From positions 6,758,001 to 6,822,000 of the forward strand of contig NC_047064.1 of the NCBI RefSeq assembly GCF_902459465.1: DNA of 64,000 nt, in the 5' to 3' direction. The translations under genes were made by a program, and so were the position numbers. Source of the stretch: Asterias rubens (Eukaryota). Of this stretch, positions 23,346 through 36,714 are shown piece by piece. Within the stretch, counting starts at the first letter, position 1, and every line of letters begins with the position of its first letter. Under the pieces are notes generated by a model. It was not told the origin of the DNA. It was given only the letters and a program-made list of their open reading frames with translations, and ran no database searches.

Positions 23346-26300
23346 TTTGTGGGAGTTAGCCAAGTTCCCTTGATGGGAAGATCATAAAAAAAATTAAAAA
23401 ACAGATAAGAAGACGATAAATACCCTAATCGCTATTTTGTCTCTTGTACAGAACCCCCCCCCCTCTCTACTATAAAATCTTTTTAAGAATTCCTGAGATT
23501 CACAGAGCACAGTTCAGACACAATAGGAGGGGTAGTGAGGGGTACACCATGCTACATATCAAGCACCAAATGATATTTCAAATATCTTTTCATGTTTCTT
23601 CAAAATTAAGCTGCTTGAATGTCAGGTCACTAGGTCAAGGGTAAATTTCACAACGGTGCTTAAGGAGCTAAAAGTAACTAAACTCAACAAAATTGCGCTT
23701 GACCAGAGTAAAGATTCCACAGCTGAAATACCATGTCATATGGACCGTGTGACTGGGTAAGCTGCTTAATTTTGCTTAACAGCAGAAAATCGCTAAAGAG
23801 GGGTCCACGGTCAAATTTAGTTTTGTGACGGATCTGCTCGTTTTCTCAATAGATAAAGTCCTCAGGAAAATGAGGGGGGGGAGGAGCCAACGAGTTTCTG
23901 TCTTTTTTTGGGAGCCTGAGGTGGTTTCTTGTTTCAGAAAATTAATAAAAACTCAGAATAGTAAAACAATATTGCAGCATTCTCTGAAAAGGAAATGCTT
24001 TCTTTCAGATACGAGGACTTTTAGATAATTTTTGTGTCCAGATTGCCAAGGCTGTACTGAAAACGACTCCTGGGACTTGATTCATTCACCACGTTGAGGA
24101 CCGGAGCGTGCTTAATTCATAGTCATGTATGAGTACAAAGGAGTTTTAAGTCTCTGTTCTATGGCTATGTGTCCTTGCCCTTTCAGAAATTACCTGCAAA
24201 AATATTATAAAAGCATAAATTGCAAGACATGGTGAGGTTTTTCTTAAACCATTGTTGTTGTCTTACAGTAGGGGGGAAGGGGGGGGGGGACACTCGTTGT
24301 ACGAATGTCATGGCGTCGTTCGGGGTCCGAGATTACAAATGTACCTTGGCCTGGAAGCCAGCGATTTTACCAATGGGCCATTAAACTTATGATTCAGTGG
24401 TCATATGGATTTTTCAATTTCTAAATTATACCTCCTTGTGTGTATAATACCTGAAATAAATGAACCACATTATGTCCAAAATGTTCAAATCGAAGGATGC
24501 CTACATAAAGAAAAACAAGATTTGATTCAACTTTTGTGCATGATTTTTTTTGTTTTCCCATTTTGATTGTGGTCTTTTGAAACAAATTTTTGTTCCAGTA
24601 CAATGTTGATGTACCAAGCTCCATGGTTTGGCGAGTTTTCGCACAAGTTTGAGCTTATTGTGCAAAAACTTGCTGCATCATTCAGATTATACCCGGCAGT
24701 AGCACTCTCCTATATTAGTGCCAGTGGTGTAGACTAGACACTTTCATTTGGGTGGGGGGAGGGTGGAACATAAATACATGAGCATGGCCAAAGACCTAAT
24801 TTTGTAAGTTTGTTTGTTATTCAATGTATCTAACCATTCATTTGGTTGTCTTTCCTAAATCTCATAGGGAGGGTCCCATCTTTGCAACCCCCCCCCAAAA
24901 AAAAAAAAACATATTGGTACTCTGGCCAGACTTATTTTACTGTCTTCTTCAATGTAGATAGGGACCCAGTTACTCTGAATTATAAAAAAGAAATTATACA
25001 ATCATGAAGATTTGTTTTTTCATGGACATTTTTGCTATGGCATGATTTTTAAATTATTATTTTTTTTGTTTGAACAGAAAGGAACTGTTAGAACTTTGGC
25101 ATTCTTTGGGGATTTTTACTGAGAAATTAGTGAAAACAATTTTTTTTTGTATATACAAAAATTGGTAAAATTATCAAGAACCAGGCCTCGTTGGGATTAA
25201 ACCACTAGTTGAAAACCTCTTCACCACACATTGATTCCTTTAATAATACAGAAGAAACAGGAATATCATCAAAATCATAATCATAATTACAAAACAAACA
25301 AAAAAGAATAAAAAGAAACTGCCCTCTGTTTCTTTGTTGACGTTTTAATACTGTATATTTGCTGTAATTTTTAAAAATCTTTTTAGCTTCTCCATTTTTT
25401 GAGGTTTTGAGGAAATAAATAAAAAATAAAAAATAATAATATTAATAATAATATAACAAAATTAAAAAGAACACAGCTAGTAGTCATTATTAACAGAATT
25501 AAACAGGCACATTTCTCACTTATAACAACATTATCAGAGAAAGCAGCGTCGCAATAAAAAAATTTAGAAAATCAAAGGAAACAAAACAAACTTACAAAAT
25601 AAACTAAACAAACAAAGATAATAATATAGCCGCCATTGTGTTCAATAATCGAGTAACCAGTACGCAAATTGGCAGCTGCTTTCTTATACTAGGAGAGGAT
25701 AACGTTGATTAAAACAAGGATGATATTACAGTGTCTCTCGTTCTACGATTATCAGAGTGCAATAACCTTAACAATCTCAATACATTACATTACAGCCCAT
25801 TCAAAACCAAATCTATGCAAGAGTGCATATGAATTGATAATTTAATCACTAAGTCAAGTATTGTGGTAGTGGATAAAGAAGCTTGTCTTTGGTTTTTATT
25901 TAGGGTGTTTTTTTTTTCCTCTTGGTGAGTGGAGACCAGATGTGCATAAACTTAACTACCTTCCTATGAGGAAATTTATTCAGGATATATGGGAGACAAT
26001 TTCAAAGGGGCATCTTTTCTTAGCCACTGCTTCTGTTTAGGCTCTCCAGCTTTAGGGTCTGTCTGGTAAGTATAACAAATGTTAACCCTGTTGGGGATTC
26101 AACCATGTAGAAGCAATGGCTTACCTAAGGGTGTGGGCATGAGGTTGATGTCTTTGGTCCCTCACTCCCCTAATTCGAGATTAAAAAATTACCCAAATAA
26201 AAAGTATCATTTTGACAACTTCTTAGAGTATTTTTTTTTTTACACACAGACAATGTGTTTATTTTGTACCTGAGTGGTAGATTATATAACAAATAATTTT

Positions 26301-26969
26301 TGAAGTTACATAAAGAAAGAGCTGATAAAGGGGCTCGTTTAGGGAAAATGCAAACAGGAGCTACAGTTTTAATTGGCCAGAAGTGCCCCCCCCCCCGAAG
26401 TAATAGTGCAGAGTTGGAAAGGTGGAAGAATAGCCAGATCAAAAGTAAACGCTCCAATATGAAACATGCCTCAGAAGGAAACCAAATAATAATTGTAATA
26501 CTGTTTGATTTGCATTAGCGCTTCATCACACCCCTAAGGGGCATTTCAAAGAGCTCATTTCTTGTTTTTGCAGGATAAAGGCCTGATTCTGAAAACAAGA
26601 ACGTTAAAAAGGCACACCCTCGATTGGTTGAGTGAGAGTGGGCGAATTCTGCAAATTCAACCAATAGAATGGGTTCTCTTTCCGTCATGATCATTATCGT
26701 TTTCATTATCGCTGCAGTGTGACTTGGCTTAAGCAGAGCTATGTTTTGAATTATGAGACCTATTAATGTTGCACTTTCTAGTGCTTAGTCAAGGTGATAC
26801 TGTGTAAGTCAGCAGCCACTGCAAGAAACACTGGGACAAACCCTTTCTCTTTGCAATAAGTGTAATGAGTTCTTTTAGGTGCATTACACAACACACGAAC
26901 ACAAGTTGGCTGACATTTGACTGGTCTGACGATGTTGTAGTTGGCACTTGGTCAGCAGACCACTCACTG

Positions 26970-27362
26970 TGAAAGGCACTGGACACTATTGGTAATTGCT
27001 TAAAATAATTGTTAGCATAAAAGCTTACTTGGTAATAAGCAATGGAGAGCTGTTGCTAGTGTAAAACATTGTGAGAAACGGCTCCCTCTGAAGTAACATA
27101 CTTTTTGAGCGCGAAGTTATTTCTCACTAAAATATTAAAATTGATTTTGATACCTCAGCTGAGGTCTTAAAATCATTAAAATCAAGCAACTGAAAGCACA
27201 CAACTTCTTTTGACAAATGTGTTTTCTTCCATTATTCTCTCGCAACTTCAACAACCAATTGAGTTCCAATTTTCACAGATTTGTTATTTTATGCATATGT
27301 TGAGATACACTAAGTGAGAAGACTGGTCTTTGACTATTGCCAAAGGTGTCCAGTGCCTTTAT
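26970..27362. mobile_element. MITE family A (opposite orientation)
   Basis: gaaaggcactggacactattggtaatt ... aaaggtgtccagtgccttta. Confidence 0.88.
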
Positions 27363-27819
27363 AAAAGAAAACATCAAACTAGACACAATTTCTTCATTGC
27401 TATCTAACATCAAATAACATCAAAAGAGCCCTCGATGTTGCATATGTTTTATTAGCTTCTAGATTGAATTTTATGTGTCCTCAAAGAAAAATCTGATTTG
27501 GATTTAGCTTAATGACGATATTTACCCACACAGTCAAAACATCACAAAGCACTGGACAGAACATAAAACTCCAATTTGCTTTTTTTTTTACTACAAAAGA
27601 AAACGTGACTACCTTATTTTCACAAAACATGTTCACAGGTTGGCCGACTAATGTGTTTGTTTGAAAAAGGTAAAAGGAACAGAAAACGAGACGCCCAACT
27701 GATCAAGGTCCTTTGATTATTCCACATAATGATTGATAATTAGGGTTATTATACAAAATAGTGTAACGAGGGTGATTATTGTACACAAATGGGGTTCGTC
27801 ATCGAGAACAATAACACTG

Positions 27820-28965
27820 ATGATGATGAAGGCTCAGCAGGAGCACAGGAAACAATTTTAGGATTTTGTTGTGATTTTTTTCTTCTTTTGATGGCCGGCA
27901 AAATTTGGTGGGAAAATTTTAGATCGTGTTTGGCAAAGTCACAATGATAAAAGTTACAATGAAACACATAAATTTCAAGCAGGGCCCAGTTAACAGCTGC
28001 TTAAGCACAAATGTTTCTTAGCACAACAAAGCAATATGCTTACAAGAATAAGCTGACCAGGTAAAATATCATGTCTCATGTGTGACTGGTGTTCTGATTA
28101 TTTTCGCTCGGATGATAAAGGCTCAATGGGAGCACAGGTAACAATTTGAGGATTTTTGTCTCTTTTTTTGCTTTGATGGCCAGACAAATTTGGTGGGGAA
28201 ATTTTTGATTGTGTTTTCAGAGTCAGACAGATAAGCTACAATCAATCAAACACATAATATTTCAACAAAGCCCAGTTTCATATAGCTGCTCAAGCACGAA
28301 AAGTTGCTAAGCAGAACAAAATTGTGCTTACTTACAAGAATAAGGTTACCAGCTAAAATATACCTGTCTCATATAGCTAAGCATGAAAAGTTGCTAAGCA
28401 TGAAAAGTTGCTAAGCATAACAAAATTGTGCTTACTTACAAGAATAAGGTTACCGGCTAAAATATACCTGTCTCACATGAAAAGTTGCTAAGCACAACAA
28501 AATTGTGCTTACTTACAAGAATAAGGTTACCGGCTAAAATATACCTGTCTCACATGAAAAGTTGCTAAGCACAACAAAATTGTGCTTACTTACAAGAATA
28601 AGGTTACCGGCTAAAATATACCTGTCTCATGTACAATCTGTGACTGGTAACAGGAGCACAGGAAACAATTATAAGATTTTTTGCTATTTTGCTTTTGGTG
28701 GCCGACAAAGTTTGGTGGGAAAAGATTGTTTAGATTGTTGATTGCAGTTTGCCGATACATACAGTCGAACACACTATAAATTGCACAGGAATACAAATGA
28801 TATCACATTGCACAAGAAGTGACTACAAAGGATGATACACAAAAATCAAACGTGTGTTTCCTATGTGGTCCTATAAAAGAATTGTTTTAAAGATAAATTT
28901 CAAGCAGGGCCAAGTTTCATATAGATAGCTGCTTAATAAGCACAAAAGGTTGCTTAGCTCAACAA
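27820..28965. repeat. Three-fold local duplication of a unique segment plus the left half of a Harbinger-like MITE, with an internal 77-bp array
   Basis: ggagcacagg(a/t)aacaatt...tttggtggg at about 27841, 28130 and 28653. taaggttacc at 28341, 28445, 28522 and 28599. Confidence 0.8.
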
Positions 28966-28969
28966 TATG

Positions 28970-29037
28970 TACTAAAAGTACCGAGTATACAGTTCTAACA
29001 CACATTTGTGTATATTATGGGTAAAACCAAAATAAAT
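28970..29037 (+). mobile_element. SINE S1 3' tail
   Basis: gagtatacagttctaacacacat...atgggtaaaaccaaaat. Confidence 0.7.
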
Positions 29038-30796
29038 GTCAAGATTGCCATTGTGGGAAAACTTCTCTTGGGGAGGAGTAGACATCAAATGCAGGGGGGG
29101 GGGAACGTCTCCTCTCTTTAATGCCACTTTGTAATTTTACCAACATGTGGGCGTTGTGATGTTAGTCAAGTGAATTGGGTCAAAACATTACAATTGTTTT
29201 CGCAACCGTTCTTTTTCAGTGGACAAAAGGATGAGAGCAAAAATGGGTCTTTCGTGCCTGCAATATTTTCTTAAAATAATTTTCATAATTTACGCATCCC
29301 ATTGAGCGTAGAGTTCCTCTCATCGATTTCGCATTGTGAAACGTTTTGATTTAAAATTGAAATTGATGTTATTAAAAAATGTAGCCCTTGTACTTACAAA
29401 ACACTTTTTCCCTTTGGGCTTTTTTAGGGGGGGGGGGAGTAACTGTCCATCAATTATGTTCAATGTTAAGAATTGCTCGTCCAATCCGAAGATTTGACCG
29501 AATCCGAGTGAGAAAGTTCAAAGAAATCGATTGCAAACATCGAGGGGGTAGGAATATGATTATAACGATGCCAGAGAACAAATGTCCACCATTGTGTATG
29601 GCATCTCCTGAGTGTGTGGGGCCCCTAACTGAATTACGAATGCTATATGCGGAAGGATTTCTGTAGCTGCATTAGTTTAATATAATGACACAATGCATTT
29701 GATGGAACTCCTGCTATACCGCTCTGTCAAGGTCGCTCTCTCTGCTGACTCGTGTAATTGTGAATAAATTCTTTTGCTCCGAAGGGCTGCTGAAGGGCAG
29801 CTTGGGGAACAAGGATTAAGTCTTGTCTTGTTCACGGCCAGCGGAGGGAAGATGGAGGAGTTTTAAGGCAACATAATGGCTGGAAAGGGAGTGTTTCTGA
29901 GGTTGTCATGCCTTGCCTTCTTCTTCATGATGTTCTTTGTTTCTCTTGTGTTATTTTTTTCTCTTTGAACTGAGGACCAACTGTGGTTTATTGACTCGGA
30001 CCTTCGGGCCATTTATAGTTCTTGAAAAACAGGAGAATTAGGGTACAATTGTTTGTAGAATGGAATTGAAATTTTAATTAGATTCATTGATATGAAACTT
30101 GTACGTTTCTGTTGATTATGGGAAGTCAACATCACATTTTTGAATGCGAAACTTGAAGGCCCTATCTTAAAATATTAAACCAGAAAAAAAACCAGGAAAA
30201 ACCCACAGATATTTTATGTGAGTTTTACATCCGTTTTATTACAGATTTGTCCTCTCCTTGAAGTTTGTAGATCTATGTGGTGAGTAGAAAGCACAGGCAA
30301 ATCAGTCGTATAGAAATATAACCCACAACCCTAGCATCGCTAGAGCAGTGGTGTTAGGGTATAACTGAATAGTAATCTTTATCCCCGATGAAATAATTAC
30401 ATCAAGGAAACACACTTTAAATTTTTATTTTTATGGCAAAATTATCACAAATTATTCTAAAAGCTGAATAAATCAAAAAAACGCAGAGAAAAAATGTCTT
30501 TATATAAGTATTTCAAAATCATAACAGGGCTTAAATTTGACACCGGACCACAACCCTAGGCCAGTTGCTTCAGTTTTGAGCCTTCCTTCAGGCTTATGGC
30601 TAGACACAAATTTGTTCAAATGTTAACTCTGAGCCTCATAAATACCTTTCCATAGGTTGAGTAATGTAGCATACTTAATACACAGGGAGACAGATTAGAT
30701 AAAGCATCTCTTGCATGTCTTACTGATAATTGTTCAAATCAAAACACATCAATGCATATTTTCAGTACCCTGGAAAATTTCTTCTCATGTTGATTC

Positions 30797-31250
30797 AGGG
30801 ATGCATTTCACAAAAAGTTAAGACGAGTCTTATCTAACTTAGGACTATATTCTTAAGTTTTTAATATCTCCTAGGACTAGTCTTAAGTTAGGACTAGTCC
30901 TAACTCTTTGTGAAATCGGCCCCTGCCGTCGATTTCACAAAGAGTTAGGACTCGTCTTATCTCGGGTTAGGACGAGTAACTCTTCCTAACTTAGGATTAA
31001 TCTTAAGGTCTGCATGCTACAGTGCAAGGTTGTGACTCTTCCTAAGTCCTAAGATTAATCTTAAGTGAGGAAGAGTTTTGTGAAATTGACGCCTGGTCTT
31101 ATACAAACATGTCCTGGGGTCGATTTCACAAAGATAGTCCTAACTTAGGACTCTTTAGGAGTTATTGGAAACTTAAGGCTAGTCCTAAGTGTAACTCGTC
31201 CTAACTCAAGATAAGACTAAAGTCTTAACTCTTTTTGAAATCCACCTCTT
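30797..31250. mobile_element. Three stacked family-G MITEs (GATTTCACAAA TIR, CWG flanks; Harbinger-like)
   Basis: TIR pairs at 30797-30925, 30926-31096 and 31113-31247. Interiors built from taggac/gtccta motifs. Confidence 0.85.
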
Positions 31251-31295
31251 GTCCAGTCGGCTTAAACATTTTAAGCTACAAGCCTACAGTAGTAA

Positions 31296-31650
31296 CATGG
31301 ATTTTTCTCCCAAATTTGAGCCTCGCATGAAAAAGAAGACTGCTATGGGTTGCTGTCCTCTTCATTTCTGAAACTCCTCACTTTTGAGGAGCCTGTAAAT
31401 CAAACTAAATCACATAACTAATCCATTCTTATTGAATAACATGTTTCCGCAACTCGAAAAGACAAAACAGCATGAATTTTTCTCCCAATTTGAGCCTAGC
31501 GCAGAATGTTTTTGTTGCAACTGCTATGGGTTGCTGTCCTCTTCATTTCTGAAACTCCTAATTTTTTGAGGATCCGGTAATCAAACTATATCACATAACT
31601 AACCCATTGTTATTGAACAACATGTTTCCGCAACTCTAAAAGACAAAACA
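31296..31650. repeat. 175-bp direct tandem duplication, 2 copies
   Basis: catg(g/a)atttttctcccaa...catgtttccgcaactc.aaaagacaaaaca starts at 31296 and 31471. Confidence 0.9.
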
Positions 31651-32315
31651 AAAAAGTCCTCTATTACAATATCATAAACAGATTAGGTATTATATACAAA
31701 ATTGGATTATATCACAAGTGGTGAACAAATCTTGTTGCTAGACAGAGCTCAAACTTCATCTTGATGGAATTAAACTCGTCTCAATCTCAATAAAACTCAC
31801 TCGAGTGTCAGTAATGAACTAATGATCATCCATGTCCTAGCATTTTTTTTTGCTTTCCCGCTTCGAACTGCTAAAAGAATCTGAATCTCCCCATGGATAG
31901 ATTCGGAGGGGGAAAGCCACAATTTAATATCTGTCAGATGTATAGATAGCGTGTTATGCCCATCCTGTGCGGCCATGTTTGTTGAGCCTCCTAGAACAAT
32001 GCAATAATTATTCACAGAGTGGGTAACTTGTACTATTTTTAAAGTTGTAGTTTGATTTACATTTTATAAATGTGTACAATGTTTTTTTAAATTCTTTGTA
32101 TGTACAATAACACAACAACAAGAGGCCTTTGATTCCAAAGAAATACTTCTCAGCACATTTTAACTATGGGAAAGATTGACTCATATAAAAAGTAATTCTG
32201 ACCTCTCCTCTTTCAAATTTTTCAAAATATTATGTTTTTGAAGATTAGATCAATACAACCTTTTATTGTCAGAAAACCAACCTTTGAAAATTTTCATCAA
32301 ACTTTGTGATCACGT

Positions 32316-32707
32316 TTAAAGGAACACGTTGCCTTGGATCGGTCGAGTTGGTCTTTGAAAAGCGTTTGAAACCGTTTGTTGTAAAATGCATATGATTAGA
32401 GAGATATTTTAAAACTAGAATATAATAATCATCACAAGTATCACTCAAAATTGCGTGGTTTTCCTTTTACCTCGTCGACTAACACGGTCAGCCATTTGTG
32501 GGAGTCAAATTTTTGACTCCCATAAGTGGCCGACCATGTTAGTTCACAAACTAAAAGGAAAACCACGCAATTTCGAGGCAAATTTGTGTGGATCATTGTA
32601 TTCTACTTTTAAAATATCTTTCTAACCATAAGCATTTTATAAAAAAAACAGTTTCAGACGCTTTTCAAAGACCAACTCGACCGATCCAAGGCAACGTGTT
32701 CCTTTAA
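32316..32707. mobile_element. Foldback MITE family C (TTAAAGGAA ends; T2/Kolobok-type)
   Basis: The whole element is an imperfect palindrome centred on gggagtcaaa-tt-tttgactccc. TTAA at both ends. Confidence 0.92.
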
Positions 32708-34211
32708 GAGAACACAACCAAGAACAGTTATGTTTTTTTAGTGATTTTAGTGTACAGTCTCAACAGGCCAATTAGGACTCCAAAATAGGAGTTGCTTATT
32801 TGTGGGGTCTTAAAATGGGGTTTTCTTCTTCATGAAAAAACATCCAGACAGACAAACAAAACCCGGAGGATTGGTGGTGATTTGAACCTTGAAATAAGTG
32901 AGCTTTCAGACTGAAACTCATTAATTTTCGAAATTGTGGGTGGTTGGGTCAAAAGAAATAACTGGAAATCGAACTTCATTATTTGTTTATTTTATTTTTA
33001 CATGATAAAATAAAGAAGGCTGCTCGATCTGCTTGATGTTGGAGTCCTTTGACCTGGTAAATCTGCATCATTTGAGGTATAACTTTATAGAGTAAATTGT
33101 GAAGTAAATCAATTTGGGGTGGGTGGGTCAAAACAATTTCGAAAACAAATCAAATTCTTTTAACACTGACTATTATGAATGGCCCCTTATTCCTGTCAAG
33201 AGGGCTTTGATTTCATATCAGTATGGCAGATCTCTCCTTTGCACCACACATATGGAATTGAAGATTCACTTTACTGGTGTGTGAAATCATACAGGACACA
33301 TGCATCAATTAGTAGAATGATTATAAAACATTGACTCAACGGTCAGTTCTGGCCACGTGTCAAACTGTGCTAATAAGCGACCGCCTTTATGAAGAACATA
33401 TAGAGAGGATTAAGACATGGAGGGTTCTACCTCCATCATAAGGAGAAGAAGCAGGGGTCTCAGAGATGCAGTTGTGTGGTCATTTTAATGAGCGATATGA
33501 TTCCTTGTGTTTAGTGTCATGGGTGTCGGATATTAAACTTTGCATGCTGGTGGGAGTATAATTATTGGTGCGTTCGATTAGCTTCCCCGTGTCGACCTCT
33601 CGGTGCTCATTCGGGTGAGTCCCTGACAAGAGCTAATTGAATGATCACACTTGCCCTCGTGGTAATGTCATGCACCTTGGGTCAGCCCCAAGTGATTCGT
33701 TCCACAAGCAGAAAACTTGGGGCTGACCCGGGTGAGCCCCTGGAATGACGTCAAAGCTATTTAAACGTAATGAGAAGTCAACTAACAAATGATAATACTT
33801 GAGCAGGAGTAGTGGACAAAGTACACAAGGCTCGACCAATTCCTTAAGAGGAGTAGAATGGCCGAGTATATCCCTTAAGAAGATGACACTGCATCGCTCT
33901 TACTATATTTATTTTGTCATCTTTTATATTTATTTTTATAGAGACAAAATTGAGAGAAATTGCTAAAGTATGCGGTATGAATGGGACACAATGGCGGTAG
34001 AGTTCCGCCTTTTGTTTGGACATTTTTCTGTGGAGAAGACGCTGTCCATTAAGGTCTCTCACAGGGGACAATGATCCCAGCCATGGACAATTGGTTTATT
34101 ATTTTGAATGTTTGATTGTTCAGTTGACTTTAAAGTGCACGAATAGTAATCTTTTCTATAGAAATGGTACAACATTAGGCCTTGGCAGAGTACATTCATT
34201 CACAATGTCTC

Positions 34212-34594
34212 TTACGACACTAGACACTATTGGTAGTTGTCAAAGACTAGTCTTCGCAGTTGGTGTATCTCAACATATGCATTAAATAACAAACCTGTGA
34301 AAATTTGAGCATTGATCATTCGTCAAAGTTGCGAGATATTAGTGAAAGAAAAAAACACCCTTGTCGCACCATGGTCACACAAAGTTGTGTGCTTTCAGAT
34401 GCTTGATTTCGAGACCTCAAATTCTAAATCAAATGCGTGGAAAATTACCTCTTTCTTGAAAACTACGTCACTTCAGGGGGAGCTGTTTCTCACAATGTTT
34501 TATACTATCAACCTCTCCCCATTACCCATAATCAAGAAAGGTTCTATTATAATAATTATTTTGAGTAATTACCAATAGTGTCCACTGCCTTTAA
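34212..34594. mobile_element. MITE family A
   Basis: ttacgacactagacactattggtagttg ... taattaccaatagtgtccactgcctttaa. Confidence 0.9.
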
Positions 34595-35949
34595 TAATAA
34601 TAATAATACAGAGTTCTTATAAAGCGCATAAATCCTAGACAATAGCTGTTGATGTTTGTCTAGATTTCTTTAAAAGTTTCATACTTCATTGCTGTGTCGC
34701 CCCAAGAAAATATCTTTAAGAGGGCTGAAAGAAAGAAAACTTGTTGATGTCCTTTTCAGGGTTTTGCGCATACTCATGATTGTGCCCGCTTTGTTTGCAA
34801 CAACTAAAACAAACTGCTAATTTTAGGAGTTTGTTTTAATTTCAGTTTTTGTTGAAGTGGAAGATTTCTCTGAAGGATTGGTACCGATATGAACTTTGTC
34901 TTGAGTATTGAGTATTGGTGTATGGAATCCTTATTCGGCTTTATAGCTTAAATTGGATTGTAAGTATAGGATTTGAGGCATTGCATGGTGAGGTATCAAT
35001 ATATATTTTTGGTTTGTGGTTAACACCATGTGTGTATCTTCTTGCCAGGTAGAGTTTGTACTTGGAGAACTGTCTTGCCTAATTCTACTACCGCGGAGTA
35101 GATTGCTCGGGTGTTTTGGAGACTTCTCAGTTCTTTTTAACTATTACCTGGGCAGATGGTATAGAAATGGGCTGGGACTACTACTTTAGCTTATACGATC
35201 GTAATTAACTGTACTACCGCGGAGTCGGTTCTTGGGTTGGTTTCATTGTTTCGACTAGCTTGCTCTAGTCATTGTCAGGAGATGGACAGTTTCTTTGCAA
35301 ACAATTAATTCATGATGAAAAACAATACCTCTGTAAAATGCTTTTGTGATTAAAGATTTAAACAAACTCAAGAACTTTATTTTGTAAGACACATCAACAA
35401 ATAAATAAGAATAACTTGTTTATCTTTTTAGTTTTTCTTCAACGCTGTGCAAAAATAACCCGAAATATTTCTTGAGTTAGTTAATGCATTTACCAAAAAA
35501 AAAAAAAAATTGTCAAATTTGGCATGATGCTGTGCAAAATAACCACAATATCCTTTGACTAAATTATTTTTCAAAAATTTCCAGTACAAATTGTCACACC
35601 AAATGACAAGACCAACTGTTTTTCTAAGTGAAAGTCTGTACTCATCACTGCAAACAGGTTGCCTGCTGTGTTTTTGATGTGTTTTGTGTTTGTTTTTTTC
35701 TTTTTGTGTATTTTGTTTACCAACCTTCCCCCATTGTTCCCCTCAGCTGTTATCAAATTGGAAAGCCAGGTAGCAATTGTGTTTTCCCTCACCATGGCCT
35801 CATTTGAATTCTGTAATGAAAGTTGTTTTCCTTTTTCTTCTGTAACTACTTCCTTTCTCGAGTTTCCCTCATTTTGAAGGAAGAACAAAGCTTAGGTAGA
35901 AAACATGGGGGGGGGGCTCAAAATTTAATGAATACTTACAAAATCACAG

Positions 35950-36060
35950 CCGGGCCCAGTTTCATAGAACTACTTTAAAAACACAAAAAGTAGCTAAACA
36001 CGGAATAATTATGCTTGCCAGAATACAGTTAGCAGCCAGCATAGTATGTCACTTCTGAAT
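35950..36060. mobile_element. Harbinger-like MITE family F, left half
   Basis: gggcccagtttcatagaact...atgcttgccagaatacagttagcagcc. Confidence 0.6.
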
Positions 36061-36253
36061 GGTCTCTAGTGCAAACTTATTGAAGTTTTTTCTCCACACT
36101 TTTGTCTTCACCCAGACAGTTTTAAATGTTTGTATTTTTTTGTCAGAAATTTTACAATAAGTTAAACAAAATAAAATTAGAAGGTGAAGAGGAAATCAGT
36201 TTGAGCCCTCTTTGAGCCCAATGCAGGTTCATCCAATATTACAATGTGTACAA

Positions 36254-36714
36254 TAAAGGCACTGGACACTTTTCCCCTTTGGTAGTTTTCAAAGACCAGT
36301 ACTCTCACTCGGTGTATCCCAACACTAAATGCATAAAATAACAAATTTGGGGAAATTGGGACTCAATTGGTCATCAAAGTTGCAAAAGAAAAATAAAAGC
36401 AACAAAAAAAACTTTTAAAAAGCCTTTAAAAATGCTTCAGGCTTGAAGTCTTTTAATATTTGAGTGAGAAAGTACCTCTTTCTCAAAAACTACATTACTT
36501 CAGAGGGAGCCATTTCTCAGCATGCTTTGTAGTTTCAACAGCTCTCTATTGCTTGTAACTAAGTAAGTTGGTATATGAGTATACAGTGCTTACACACATC
36601 GCTGTATATGGGTAATGACCCTCTTTATCCCGATGCAAATTTTCATCTACTAAGTTGTTATGCTAAATTTTTTTTTTTTTTTTAGTAATTACCAATAGTG
36701 TCCGGTGCCTTTAA
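36254..36714. mobile_element. MITE family A with a nested SINE S1 tail (about 36575-36650)
   Basis: Family ends are present. The insert gagtatacagtgcttacacacatcgctgtatatgggta interrupts the body. Confidence 0.85.
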
